From an uncultured Mycoplasmatota bacterium (GTDB lineage Bacteria > Bacillota_I > Bacilli_A > RF39 > UBA660), in the NCBI GenBank assembly GCA_900554615.1, contig USIB01000001.1, positions 1 to 53,846 of the forward strand: 53,846 nucleotides of DNA, written 5' to 3'. Positions 9,705 to 18,328 of the stretch are shown piece after piece; positions within the stretch are counted from its first letter, which is position 1, and every line of letters starts with the position of its first letter. The notes under the pieces were generated by a model. That model saw only the letters and a program-made list of their open reading frames with translations, did no database searches and was not told the origin of the DNA. The position numbers and the translations under genes are program-made.

Positions 9705-10001
9705 ATGGAAGATAATATTTATATTTATGAAGTACCATACTGGAAAAAAAAGAAAGAATATGTAAATCAAGATAATGTAGTTATATATGATATGAGAGTA
9801 GGGCATATGGATAAGTTTAATAGATGTTTACCTATTATTAAATCTATATCTAAATATAATTACGAAATGTTAATGAATGAGAAATATATACTAAATAGAA
9901 CTTCTTTTAGTATAACAGACCTAAGTGGTAATGATATTCCTTTAACAAGTGAAAAAACATTTGCTAAAAGTAGAGTTTTAACTAAAGATACTAATAAATA
10001 G
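9705..10001 (+). CDS. hypothetical protein
   Basis: 98-aa ORF with AGGAG RBS at 9693-9697. Confidence 0.4.
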   Translation: MEDNIYIYEVPYWKKKKEYVNQDNVVIYDMRVGHMDKFNRCLPIIKSISKYNYEMLMNEKYILNRTSFSITDLSGNDIPLTSEKTFAKSRVLTKDTNK

Positions 10002-10023
10002 TATTCTTTTTTAATTATTAAAA

Positions 10024-10057
10024 AACTACCAATATTTTAAATATTATTTTGGTAGTT
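10024..10057. terminator. bidirectional terminator (convergent genes)
   Basis: 9-bp stem AACTACCAA/TTGGTAGTT with an A-run upstream and a T-rich tract downstream. Confidence 0.55.
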
Positions 10058-10070
10058 CTTTTCTTAATTA

Positions 10071-10577
10071 TTATTTTTTAGCGAAAGTTCTTTCAATATT
10101 ATCATTAAAACAAAACTCTTTTACACCATCATTATATATTCCATCTACTATTTTCGTCAATTTCCAATTATATTTTGTAATCATTCCTTTAAACATAGGT
10201 AATTTATCTTCAGTAAATGTTATTAATGGTTTTGTTGTCTCTAAAAATCTCATCGATTCTTCTAATAACAAACTTCCAATTCCATGTTTTCTATATTTAT
10301 CAGAAACAAATAAAGTACATATTTTTCTTTCCTTTTCATCTTTCTTTAAACAACTTAATGCAATAATTTTTCCTTTTTTATTTTTAACAAATATTATATT
10401 TCTGTTAGGAGTTAAACATCCTTTTATCTGTTTATTATAAAACCATTCTTTATATCCTGGATAGGTCTTATTTAACCAAGAAGTAAGTTCATATAGTTCA
10501 TTAGCAATTTCCATAAAACTATTATGATTTGTGTCTGAAATATAATTTTTAATATTATCTATTTCCATTATAATCAT
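10071..10577 (-). CDS. GNAT family N-acetyltransferase
   Basis: 168 aa. The acetyl-CoA-binding motif region LFVSDKYRKHGIGSLLLEE matches the Q/RxxGxG/A motif. Confidence 0.75.
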   Translation of the reverse strand: MIIMEIDNIKNYISDTNHNSFMEIANELYELTSWLNKTYPGYKEWFYNKQIKGCLTPNRNIIFVKNKKGKIIALSCLKKDEKERKICTLFVSDKYRKHGIGSLLLEESMRFLETTKPLITFTEDKLPMFKGMITKYNWKLTKIVDGIYNDGVKEFCFNDNIERTFAKK

Positions 10578-10582
10578 TTCTC

Positions 10583-10927
10583 CTAAATTAATTCTATTTC
10601 TATTGCTAATACACCATATTTAAGTTGTTCTTCTGACGAATATATTTCATTTAATTTTTGTAAAAGTTCTTCTTTAGTTATACTTTGGTCCGCTAGTAAA
10701 GTGATATCAAAATTAGCAGTTAATTCATTAAAGTTTTTATATTTATATATATTTTTAACTTTTGTATGTAAATATTCAGTATCTTTATCTACTTTCTCAA
10801 AGATAATAATATCATTTATCTTTATATTCTTTCTTTTTTCATCATTTAATCTTAATTCTAATCTTTTTGTTCCATTCTTTATGTAATTAAAATATTGTGG
10901 TAATAACTTCATATTATATATCTTCAT
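10583..10927 (-). CDS. ASCH domain protein
   Basis: 114 aa. The N-terminus LLPQYFNYIKNGTKRLELRLNDEKRKNIKINDIIIF matches the ASCH pattern (yf..I..G.K..E.R.nd.kr..i..GD.i.f). Confidence 0.6.
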   Translation of the reverse strand: MKIYNMKLLPQYFNYIKNGTKRLELRLNDEKRKNIKINDIIIFEKVDKDTEYLHTKVKNIYKYKNFNELTANFDITLLADQSITKEELLQKLNEIYSSEEQLKYGVLAIEIELI

Positions 10928-11075
10928 AAACTTATCCTCCTTTTAGTTTTATAATATAAACCAAGCAAATACTATTATATCACTAAAATACTATTTTTTG
11001 TTAACTTTATTTAATAATATCAAAGTAGGGTATTAAGTAATATCTTTTTTCATATATTTAATTAGGTGATTTATC

Positions 11076-11819
11076 ATGAACAATACTAGTATGGCTTTTC
11101 TACTTACCTTTCTAGCAGGACTATCTACGATGATTGGTACTATATTTATAGGAAAAAAGAATAGTAATAACGTTATTTTATCCTCTTTATCCTTTGCAGC
11201 AGGAGTTATGATATGCGTTTCTATTACAGATTTAATTCCTGAATCAATATTATTAATATCTGATAATTTACATAGCATTCCTACTATTTTAATTTCATTT
11301 TTAGGAGTTGTTCTAGGAGTTATTATATCAATGTTAATTGACTATTATTTACCAGATAATGATAAATCAAATAACAAGTTATATAGAGTTGGTTTCATTT
11401 CTATGATTGCCATTATTATTCATAATATTCCTGAAGGTATAGCTACATTTATGGCTACGAATAGTGATATTTCATTAGGCTTATCTCTTGCCCTTGCTAT
11501 TGCTATGCATAATATACCTGAAGGTATTAGTATATCAGTTCCTATCTATTATAGTACTGGTAGCAAAAAGAAAGCCCTTTTATATACTGGTATTTCCGCA
11601 TTATCCGAACCTTTTGGAGCTTTACTTGCTTATTTATTTTTAAAAAACATAATGAATGATTTAATTCTTGGAATATTATTCTCTGTAATAGCGGGTATAA
11701 TGCTCCAAATATCATTTAGTGAACTACTACCATCCGCTAGAAGATATAACGATAATAAAAGATTAATTATTTTCTTTATAATTGGTATACTATTTATGTT
11801 AATTAAGTTTCTCTTATAG
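11076..11819 (+). CDS. zupT: zinc transporter ZupT (ZIP family)
   Basis: 247 aa, multi-TM, with two HNIPEG motifs (IIHNIPEGIA and MHNIPEGIS) typical of ZupT. Confidence 0.85.
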   Translation: MNNTSMAFLLTFLAGLSTMIGTIFIGKKNSNNVILSSLSFAAGVMICVSITDLIPESILLISDNLHSIPTILISFLGVVLGVIISMLIDYYLPDNDKSNNKLYRVGFISMIAIIIHNIPEGIATFMATNSDISLGLSLALAIAMHNIPEGISISVPIYYSTGSKKKALLYTGISALSEPFGALLAYLFLKNIMNDLILGILFSVIAGIMLQISFSELLPSARRYNDNKRLIIFFIIGILFMLIKFLL

Positions 11820-11833
11820 AAATATATATTCTT

Positions 11834-11891
11834 CTATTGATAGACAACTTGTTGGCTATCAATAGCCCTCTGAGACTACAGGCTTAGAGGG
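11834..11891. repeat. twin hairpin with AGAC...GGCT apex (family member, opposite orientation)
   Basis: Hairpins 11834-11865 (CTATTGATAG/CTATCAATAG) and 11866-11891 (CCCTCT/AGAGGG, apex AGAC-taca-GGCT), directly after the zupT stop. No U-tract. Confidence 0.6.
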
Positions 11892-11971
11892 AATAAATTA
11901 AAAAAAATAACAAAAGGTAATGACAAGTTATCTTTTTTTTGATATAATTAGTTATAGTAGAGGAGGGTCTT

Positions 11972-12718
11972 ATGAAAGAGACTTTAATATGTAGTTTAAA
12001 AAAACATAATATATACTATTTAAATGATAGTAATGTTGGCTTTTATATATTAGTTCCTTATAAAGAATATAATGATACTAATATTAGTATTAGACTTAAA
12101 AGTAATTATCATTCTTATGATTTATCTAGAAATAGTTTAGAGACTGTTACTAATGAACTTGTTAATTATTATAACAATCTTGATAATTATAATGTTACTT
12201 TAATTTTACCTGTCTTTTATGATGATATATTAAATAGAATTAAAGTAGTAGAAGATTTAGAATTATATCAAAGACTTGATAAGTATTTAGGTTATATTTT
12301 TAATAGTGCTTATTTATTTTTAACAAGGAATAATATTAAGGTAAATAATAATATATATGTTATTAATAATGATTCTTTTAATAGATTTACTAATTGGTTT
12401 GTAAATAGATATAGTAATAGAATTGAATATAAAACAATAGTTGATTTAGTAAAAGAGAATGGAACTTATACTAGTTATAATGTTATTGAGACTCCTACTA
12501 TTAACTTTGTAGTAGGTAAAGATAAAGAGCCTACAATAGATAAAACTGTTGAACTTGAAGCAGAAACTTTTGATAATTTGGCTAAAAAGGTAGCAAGAGG
12601 GGAAGAAATAACTCCTAGAGTAAGAGAAGCCTCAAGTGGTGGATTTGTATCTTATATATTACTTGGTATTATTACCTTTGTAGTATCTATTGTTTTGTTA
12701 TACTTATTTGTTAAGTAG
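11972..12718 (+). CDS. hypothetical protein with C-terminal TM anchor
   Basis: 248-aa ORF with GGAGG RBS and a C-terminal hydrophobic helix (FVSYILLGIITFVVSIVLLYLFV). Confidence 0.5.
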   Translation: MKETLICSLKKHNIYYLNDSNVGFYILVPYKEYNDTNISIRLKSNYHSYDLSRNSLETVTNELVNYYNNLDNYNVTLILPVFYDDILNRIKVVEDLELYQRLDKYLGYIFNSAYLFLTRNNIKVNNNIYVINNDSFNRFTNWFVNRYSNRIEYKTIVDLVKENGTYTSYNVIETPTINFVVGKDKEPTIDKTVELEAETFDNLAKKVARGEEITPRVREASSGGFVSYILLGIITFVVSIVLLYLFVK

Positions 12719-12727
12719 GAGACTACT

Positions 12728-13060
12728 ATGAGTGATTTATTTTATTATTTTGTCTCTCTACTAGTTATTTCTCTTTTTACTTTAATTAGTTTTCAAAAGA
12801 ATATATTTCTGTTTAGTGTAATACTTGGCTTTATTTGGACTATTTTTCAAATTATTATAAATATATCTCCTAGTTTTAATATATCTATTCTTGCTATTCT
12901 TAGTGTATTTCTTTATACATCAATAATTGCCCTTATAAGTATTTTTATTACTAAGGGAAGAATATCTCTTATATCATATTGGTTTTTCTTTTTAATTATA
13001 TTTGGTGGATTAGCATATTTGTCAAGAATTTATATTTTTCCTATATTATTTAAACTATAA
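12728..13060 (+). CDS. hypothetical integral membrane protein
   Basis: 110 aa, almost entirely hydrophobic (3-4 TM segments). Starts 9 nt after the upstream stop. Confidence 0.5.
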   Translation: MSDLFYYFVSLLVISLFTLISFQKNIFLFSVILGFIWTIFQIIINISPSFNISILAILSVFLYTSIIALISIFITKGRISLISYWFFFLIIFGGLAYLSRIYIFPILFKL

Positions 13061-13072
13061 AAAAAGTACTTA

Positions 13073-13186
13073 TTATCTAAGTACTAGTGATAGTATAGTT
13101 GTTACTGAAAATGCTATTGCTAAAAAAAGCATTATATAAGCAAATATCTTATTACTAAGGTTTTGCTTCTTTTTCTTTTTACTCAT
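13073..13186 (-). CDS. small membrane protein (37 aa), not in the ORF track
   Basis: AGAGGTG RBS 6 nt upstream of ATG 13186. Sequence is MSKKKKKQNLSNKIFAYIMLFLAIAFSVTTILSLVLR, a Lys-rich N-terminus plus one TM. The stop lies inside hairpin 13065-13085. Confidence 0.35.
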   Translation of the reverse strand: MSKKKKKQNLSNKIFAYIMLFLAIAFSVTTILSLVLR

Positions 13187-13265
13187 ATTTACACCTCTAG
13201 TAATATTGTATCAAATATTGTTCATATTTTCAATATTTTTTAATATAATTTATTGGTGATAAGAT

Positions 13266-13898
13266 ATGAATAAGAAATTAAATAGAGGACTAGCCATTAT
13301 TATGCCAGATAAGAGAATTAATACTTTTGTTTTATTTATCATTATTTTAGGTATTATATCAGGTTCTATTTTCTTAGTTGTCTTGAAAGAGGCTGATAAG
13401 AATATTGTTATTGATAGAATTAATACTTTTTTTTCTAATATTAATACTAATAATATTAATAATTTAGTTGCCTTTAAGAATGCTCTTATTGAGAATATTA
13501 TCTTTATTTTATTAATATGGATACTTGGTATGTCTATTATTGGTATTATTGTTAATGTCTTTTTGATATATTTAAAAGGATTTATTATAGGGTTTTCGTT
13601 ATCTTCTTTCTTTTTAGTATATGGCTACAAAGGGTTACTTGCCGGATTTATTTATGCTTTTCCTACTAGTATTATTTATATATTAATTTGTTTATTACTT
13701 GGTGTTTATTCGATATTGTTTACTCTTAATCTTTTTAATCTTATTTTTAATAAGGATAGAAGTTTAGATATGAAAAGATTTATTAAGAAATATGTTTTAA
13801 TTCTTATTATCTCTCTTGTACTTGTTCTTGTATCCTCTTTAACAGAAGGATTTCTAGTACCTTCTTTATTAAAAGTAGTTATAAAACTATTTATTTAA
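13266..13898 (+). CDS. spoIIM: stage II sporulation protein M
   Basis: 210 aa. ILLIWILGMSIIGIIVNVFLIYLKGFIIGFSLSSF aligns with B. subtilis SpoIIM [34 protein letters not shown]. Similar TM topology. Confidence 0.75.
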   Translation: MNKKLNRGLAIIMPDKRINTFVLFIIILGIISGSIFLVVLKEADKNIVIDRINTFFSNINTNNINNLVAFKNALIENIIFILLIWILGMSIIGIIVNVFLIYLKGFIIGFSLSSFFLVYGYKGLLAGFIYAFPTSIIYILICLLLGVYSILFTLNLFNLIFNKDRSLDMKRFIKKYVLILIISLVLVLVSSLTEGFLVPSLLKVVIKLFI

Positions 13899-13942
13899 AT
13901 GTGAAAATATGGTATAATGTCCTGTAGTGAGGTGTTATACTT

Positions 13943-15019
13943 ATGAAAACAGTTGTTATTGGTATGTCTGGGGGAGTTGATTCTTCAGTTGCTGCTATTG
14001 CACTAAAAGAGGCTGGATATAATGTTATTGGTTTATTTATGAGAAACTGGGATAGTACTATTAATAATGATTATCTTGGTAATCCTAATTTAAATAATAA
14101 TATTTGTCCTCAAGAACAGGACTATAATGATGCACTAGCGGTATGTGAAAAAATTGGTATTCCTTTACATAGAGTTGATTTTGTTCGTGAGTATTGGGAT
14201 TTTGTCTTTACATACTTTCTTGACGAACTTAAAAAGGGAAGAACTCCTAATCCAGATGTTATGTGTAATAAATATATTAAGTTTGATTTATTTGTCAAGG
14301 AGGCTAGAAAACTAGGAGCGGATTATATTGCTACGGGCCACTACGCTAGAATTATTGATGGTCATCTTGCAAAAGCACTTGACAAAAATAAAGACCAATC
14401 TTACTTTCTTGCTTATGTAAACAAGGATATCTTTAAGGATGTATTATTTCCACTTGGTGAAATAGAGAAACCTATGGTTAGAAAGATTGCTAGTAAATAT
14501 GGACTTGTTACCGCTGACAAGAAAGATTCTACTGGTATCTGTTTCATTGGTGAGAGAAACTTTACAAAGTTTTTAGAGAACTATTTACCTAATATTCCTG
14601 GTGATATTGTAAATATTGATACTGGAGAAGTTCTAGGTAAACATATTGGTCTTATGTACTATACAATTGGTCAAAGAAGAGGACTAAATATTGGTGGTAC
14701 TAAGGATAGAACTTTCGTTGTAAAAAAAGATTTAGATAAGAATATTTTATATGTTGCTATTGGGGACGATAATAAGTATCTATATTCTTCTAGTGCTCTT
14801 ATTGAGGACTTTAATTTCTTAACTGATAAGAGAATTAATAAATGTACTTGTAAGTTTAGATATAGACAACCTGATATTAATGTTACTGTAGAATATCTTG
14901 ATAACAATATGATTAAACTTTCTTATGAAGGCTCTAAGGCTGTTACTCCTGGTCAGTTTTGTGTTTTATATGATGGAGATATTTGTCTTGGTGGCGGAAT
15001 TATTAAGGAAGTTAAGTAG
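13943..15019 (+). CDS. mnmA: tRNA 2-thiouridine(34) synthase MnmA
   Basis: 358 aa with PP-loop GMSGGVDSSVAA, then RTPNPDV.CN..IKF, ATGHYAR and DQSYFL. Confidence 0.9.
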   Translation: MKTVVIGMSGGVDSSVAAIALKEAGYNVIGLFMRNWDSTINNDYLGNPNLNNNICPQEQDYNDALAVCEKIGIPLHRVDFVREYWDFVFTYFLDELKKGRTPNPDVMCNKYIKFDLFVKEARKLGADYIATGHYARIIDGHLAKALDKNKDQSYFLAYVNKDIFKDVLFPLGEIEKPMVRKIASKYGLVTADKKDSTGICFIGERNFTKFLENYLPNIPGDIVNIDTGEVLGKHIGLMYYTIGQRRGLNIGGTKDRTFVVKKDLDKNILYVAIGDDNKYLYSSSALIEDFNFLTDKRINKCTCKFRYRQPDINVTVEYLDNNMIKLSYEGSKAVTPGQFCVLYDGDICLGGGIIKEVK

Positions 15020-15027
15020 ATTTATGT

Positions 15028-15062
15028 ATACTCTAGAGTTATTACTTTAGGGTATTTTTTTT
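15028..15062 (+). terminator. intrinsic terminator after mnmA
   Basis: 10-bp stem ATACTCTAGA/TTTAGGGTAT (2 G-U pairs), loop GTTATTAC, then T8. Confidence 0.6.
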
Positions 15063-15169
15063 CTTGTTTTTTATGGATATTTGAAAAAATTACTAGTATT
15101 TTTATTTTTTGTATGGTATAATTGTAAATGTAAAGTGTATATCAAAATTGTAATAGGAGGATAATAGTA

Positions 15170-15952
15170 ATGAATGTTGTCGAAAAAATTAATTTGATAC
15201 TTAAAAAGGCTAATATTTCTAAAGTTAATTTATCTAAGTATTTAGGTGTATCTAGACAAATGGTTTACAATTACTTTGATGCTAATGATTTATCAAAGTT
15301 ACCTAATGAAAAGTGTCAACTTTTATTTGACTTACTTGGTGTTAATTCTGAAAGAGAGATATTAGATATTAATATAACTAATGATTATTTACAAACTATA
15401 GGAGGAAAAATATTTGATAATAAAAAAAGTACTCCTAAAAAAGAGGAGTTTATTGACCTTGGTGGTCTTAGAAAAGAAGAAATTACTTTGATTAATGAAA
15501 TATGTCAAATGCTTAAAAATATTCTTATGGAAGAAAAGGGTAGAGAAGGGGAAGCAATGGCTACTGTTTTGTATACTCATCACTTTATTGAAAACTTAAG
15601 TTCTACTAAGGAACTTAAATATATTCTTGGATATTTTTCTAAAAACTTTGGTTATATTGCTCCTGATAAGTATGCATTCGATGAGAATAATCAATTTGTT
15701 CTTGAGAGTATTATGTACTCCGCTATGACATTATATAGTAATGGGGGAGCCTCTCGTACTAGACTTGCAGAATCTCATAAGAGATGGGAAGCAATGCTTG
15801 AATCTAAAAAAGAAGAAAAATTAACTAGAACACAAGAATTAAATACTGCTAAAATAAGGGCACTTAGAGAACTTGGTTATGCTGAAATTGATAAAAGTAA
15901 TGCTAGTGAAGTTTTAGATAAAATAGCGGAAATTATGGCTCAAAAGTTTTAA
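15170..15952 (+). CDS. HTH domain protein (XRE-like N-terminus), function unknown
   Basis: 260 aa. The N-terminal NLSKYLGVSRQMVYNYF is helix-turn-helix-like. The remainder is unassigned. Confidence 0.5.
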   Translation: MNVVEKINLILKKANISKVNLSKYLGVSRQMVYNYFDANDLSKLPNEKCQLLFDLLGVNSEREILDINITNDYLQTIGGKIFDNKKSTPKKEEFIDLGGLRKEEITLINEICQMLKNILMEEKGREGEAMATVLYTHHFIENLSSTKELKYILGYFSKNFGYIAPDKYAFDENNQFVLESIMYSAMTLYSNGGASRTRLAESHKRWEAMLESKKEEKLTRTQELNTAKIRALRELGYAEIDKSNASEVLDKIAEIMAQKF

Positions 15953-15970
15953 TTTAAAGGAGAAATATAA

Positions 15971-16300
15971 ATGAAAAAAACTTTATTTGCGGTTTTAATA
16001 TGTGGTATTATGGTATTAACACTTACTGGCTGTGGTAGTAAAATTGAAACAAATGATGATGTAAATAATGTAAGTATTGATGAATTAAATGATATTAACA
16101 ATAAAATTATCTTTTATTTTAATGATAATGGTACATCTATATATGATAATTATAGTTATAATTATGTAAATGAAAATGATATGGTTGTTGTTGTTGGATT
16201 AGTAGATAATAGTAAAGAAGAACAAGAATGGTTTAGAAGAAATATAGTTGATTCAAAGTATATTAGATTTGAACAAGGAAACCATCCTGTAAATGAATAA
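15971..16300 (+). CDS. lipoprotein
   Basis: 109 aa with a signal peptide ending in the lipobox LTLTGC. Confidence 0.6.
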   Translation: MKKTLFAVLICGIMVLTLTGCGSKIETNDDVNNVSIDELNDINNKIIFYFNDNGTSIYDNYSYNYVNENDMVVVVGLVDNSKEEQEWFRRNIVDSKYIRFEQGNHPVNE

Positions 16301-16575
16301 TTAGTCCCCTACTTTTATTTTTCACTAAAAAGAGGGAAGGGATAGATACTTTTCTACTAAATTTAATTTAAATGATTTTTTAATTAATTAGATGAAGAAT
16401 TATCCATCTTAAATTATATTAAATAGATTATGTAGTTAATTTTTTTTTAACATGAATAATATTTTTGTAGATATAATTATAATATATGGAGTATAATTAA
16501 TATTATTATGAGATAAGTCTTATTTTATATGGTAATTTAAGGTTAATTACTATACTACTTTTAATCAAATATCAT

Positions 16576-16603
16576 ACTTCCTATAATTAATATTATGTTA
16601 AGT
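16576..16603 (+). other. dif: chromosome dimer resolution site dif (XerC arm - 6-bp centre - XerD arm)
   Basis: ACTTCCTATAA-TTAATA-TTATGTTAAGT compared with B. subtilis dif ACTTCCTAGAA-TATATA-TTATGTAAACT (recalled): 10/11 and 9/11 arm identities. The gene-orientation switch occurs here. Confidence 0.7.
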
Positions 16604-16623
16604 TCTATTTTTTCACTATGGGC

Positions 16624-17205
16624 TTATTTTTGAGGTTTGCGAAGTTCTTGTTTTTCTTTCTCTAGTTTATGTCTTCTGGAAGTTATATAAGTATTTAAAA
16701 ATAATGTATGAGAACAAGCAACATTCCATAATTCCATATAGCCTTGTTCCATTAAATAATTTAATAAGTCTGAGTATTCTATTATGTCGTGTTCTAAAAT
16801 TAATATTTGTATTTCTTTTAAGAATTGGAATACTTCAAAATTATTTAATATATCGGTTACATCAAAACCATTAAATAATTGTATTTGTGTACTATCGTAT
16901 TGATACTTTTCTGGGTTGTCTTTATGTGTAAAGTATCTAAAGTACCCTCTTACACTCTCTAAAGCAATAGGCAAGGGTTGATTAATCTCGTCCATTATTT
17001 GTTTGACAGTTTTATCAGTGGTCGGACCAGGAAAAGACAATATTATATGCCAGTGTGCCTTTTTCTTCTCTCCAGTTGGGTTAACATCTTTATCGTGTAA
17101 TGGACTAACTGCAAACGAAATACCTTTTAATTTTAAAATCTCTATCCAATCTTCTGGTGCACTTTCAGGGTACACTACCCCACCCCAATTTCTTTTTTTT
17201 ATCAT
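16624..17205 (-). CDS. rep: rolling-circle replication initiator, pMV158 RepB family (Rep_2-like HUH endonuclease)
   Basis: VYPESAPEDW...SPLHDKD...KKAHWHIIL...YFRYFTHKD aligns with pMV158 RepB LYPESIPSDW..SPLHDKD..KKAHYHVLY..YLYLTHES (HUH motif plus catalytic Tyr). Start set at ATG 17205, with AGGAGG 7 nt upstream; the track ORF starts at 17235. Confidence 0.85.
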   Translation of the reverse strand: MIKKRNWGGVVYPESAPEDWIEILKLKGISFAVSPLHDKDVNPTGEKKKAHWHIILSFPGPTTDKTVKQIMDEINQPLPIALESVRGYFRYFTHKDNPEKYQYDSTQIQLFNGFDVTDILNNFEVFQFLKEIQILILEHDIIEYSDLLNYLMEQGYMELWNVACSHTLFLNTYITSRRHKLEKEKQELRKPQK

Positions 17206-17237
17206 ATTTTTTCCTCCTATTTTTATTGATTTCACAT

Positions 17238-17280
17238 TTCACACCATTGGGGGGTCGTAGTAGACCCCCAATGGTGTGAA
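17238..17280 (-). promoter_or_regulatory. candidate double-strand origin: 18-bp hairpin presenting TACTACGAC (pMV158-type nick sequence)
   Basis: On the - strand: TTCACACCATTGGGGGTC-TACTAC-GACCCCCCAATGGTGTGAA. The loop plus the first stem bases read TACTACGAC, the RepB nick site TACTACG/AC as recalled. It lies immediately upstream of rep. Confidence 0.65.
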
Positions 17281-17285
17281 TAAAT

Positions 17286-17888
17286 TTAAAGTTCGTTTAT
17301 TGGCTCAAAAGTATCGTACATTTGAGCTATGTATTTATTTCTTTTATAAATGAACATTGCTAGTATAGGACACTCCCATTCCATAGTTTCTTGATTAAAG
17401 ATAGTATTTAGACCATCTCCGCAAGTAGTATAGAAGATAGGCAAGATAGGAAGTTTTCTAGTAGCAAACATAAACCTGGCTGGTCTTCTGAGCCACATAG
17501 GTAGTTCTTTCCATTCTTGGGTTATTAACATAACTATTCGACCTCTTTTCCTACTTTGCTGCAGCCAAGAGTAAAAAGGCTTGTCTGGTGGGCTATTTTT
17601 TGTATATTTTTTAGACACTTCGTCAATTATATAAATAACATTCTCTTCAATATCTTGTAATATTTCTTCTAACTTAGTAAAGTACTGTATCTCTCTTCCG
17701 GGTATCTCCAAACTTTTAATATTAGTTTTAATTTTATAACTACATTTATTTATTCTTTCTAAATAATAAACTCCGAAATAAGTTTTACCACTACCTTGAA
17801 AGCCAGTAATAAAATAAACACCCCATTTGTCTTCTATATTAGGAACACCTCTTTTAATTAAAGATGGCATATCAATTTTTACTTTCAT
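17286..17888 (-). CDS. Zot-like / pI-like phage assembly P-loop ATPase
   Basis: Walker A GFQGSGKT, Walker B VIYIIDEV, and QQSRKRGRIVMLITQ (Zot-family hRH.G.d..liTQ). Start set at ATG 17888, with GGAGG 8 nt upstream. The 55-codon upstream extension in the track is GC-rich, hairpin-filled and probably non-coding. Confidence 0.75.
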   Translation of the reverse strand: MKVKIDMPSLIKRGVPNIEDKWGVYFITGFQGSGKTYFGVYYLERINKCSYKIKTNIKSLEIPGREIQYFTKLEEILQDIEENVIYIIDEVSKKYTKNSPPDKPFYSWLQQSRKRGRIVMLITQEWKELPMWLRRPARFMFATRKLPILPIFYTTCGDGLNTIFNQETMEWECPILAMFIYKRNKYIAQMYDTFEPINEL

Positions 17889-18019
17889 TTTATAACCTCC
17901 TCTCTGGGCCCTTTGCCCGAAGTAGCCGAACCAGGCTACTTCCCCCGCTATTAGTATAGGGGAAACCCCTATAACCCCCTTAGTAAGAATGGCTACGCCC
18001 CACCCCTTTGACATAGTTG
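17889..18019 (-). other. GC-rich structured intergenic region of the prophage (candidate packaging signal / single-strand origin)
   Basis: Perfect hairpins at 17919-17942 (GAAGTAGCC/GGCTACTTC) and 17955-17973 (TATAGGGG-AAA-CCCCTATA), plus G/C runs, in an otherwise very AT-rich context. Confidence 0.5.
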
Positions 18020-18328
18020 TTACCATACCTTTATCTTTTGAATTAGAGACCATATTTTAGTAATGGCAAAGGCATTAACTGAAATAGTATAATAACCAAT
18101 AAGTAAAGTTAAATATAAAAGTACTACATATCTAGTAACACCAGGTAGCATACTAAAAAAGTAAGCAAGACCATTACCCATATAAGTATCTACTGCAGTA
18201 GTAAAACTACCTATCATTTGTGAAAAATCTGGAAAAATATTTGAGACTAATAAATTAAGTGGAGTTAAAACCAAATCTATTATTGAATTAAGTAATTTAA
18301 ATAGACCACTAAAGATAGCATTTATCAT
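18020..18328 (-). CDS. pVI-like minor coat / membrane protein
   Basis: 102 aa with 2-3 TM segments. ATGA overlap with the upstream pIII-like gene. Its position between the pIII-like and pI-like genes matches inovirus synteny. Confidence 0.45.
   Translation of the reverse strand: MINAIFSGLFKLLNSIIDLVLTPLNLLVSNIFPDFSQMIGSFTTAVDTYMGNGLAYFFSMLPGVTRYVVLLYLTLLIGYYTISVNAFAITKIWSLIQKIKVW

Noticed and set aside
17003-17260. 85-aa + strand ORF across the rep start and origin hairpin.
   Set aside because: It is antisense to the well-supported Rep gene, runs through the dso hairpin, and has no RBS.
17889-18053. 55-codon N-terminal extension of the Zot-like ORF (track start 18053).
   Set aside because: The region is GC-rich, full of perfect hairpins, and overlaps the pVI-like gene. 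A strong GGAGG-ATG start exists at 17888, and Zot-family proteins begin close to their P-loop.
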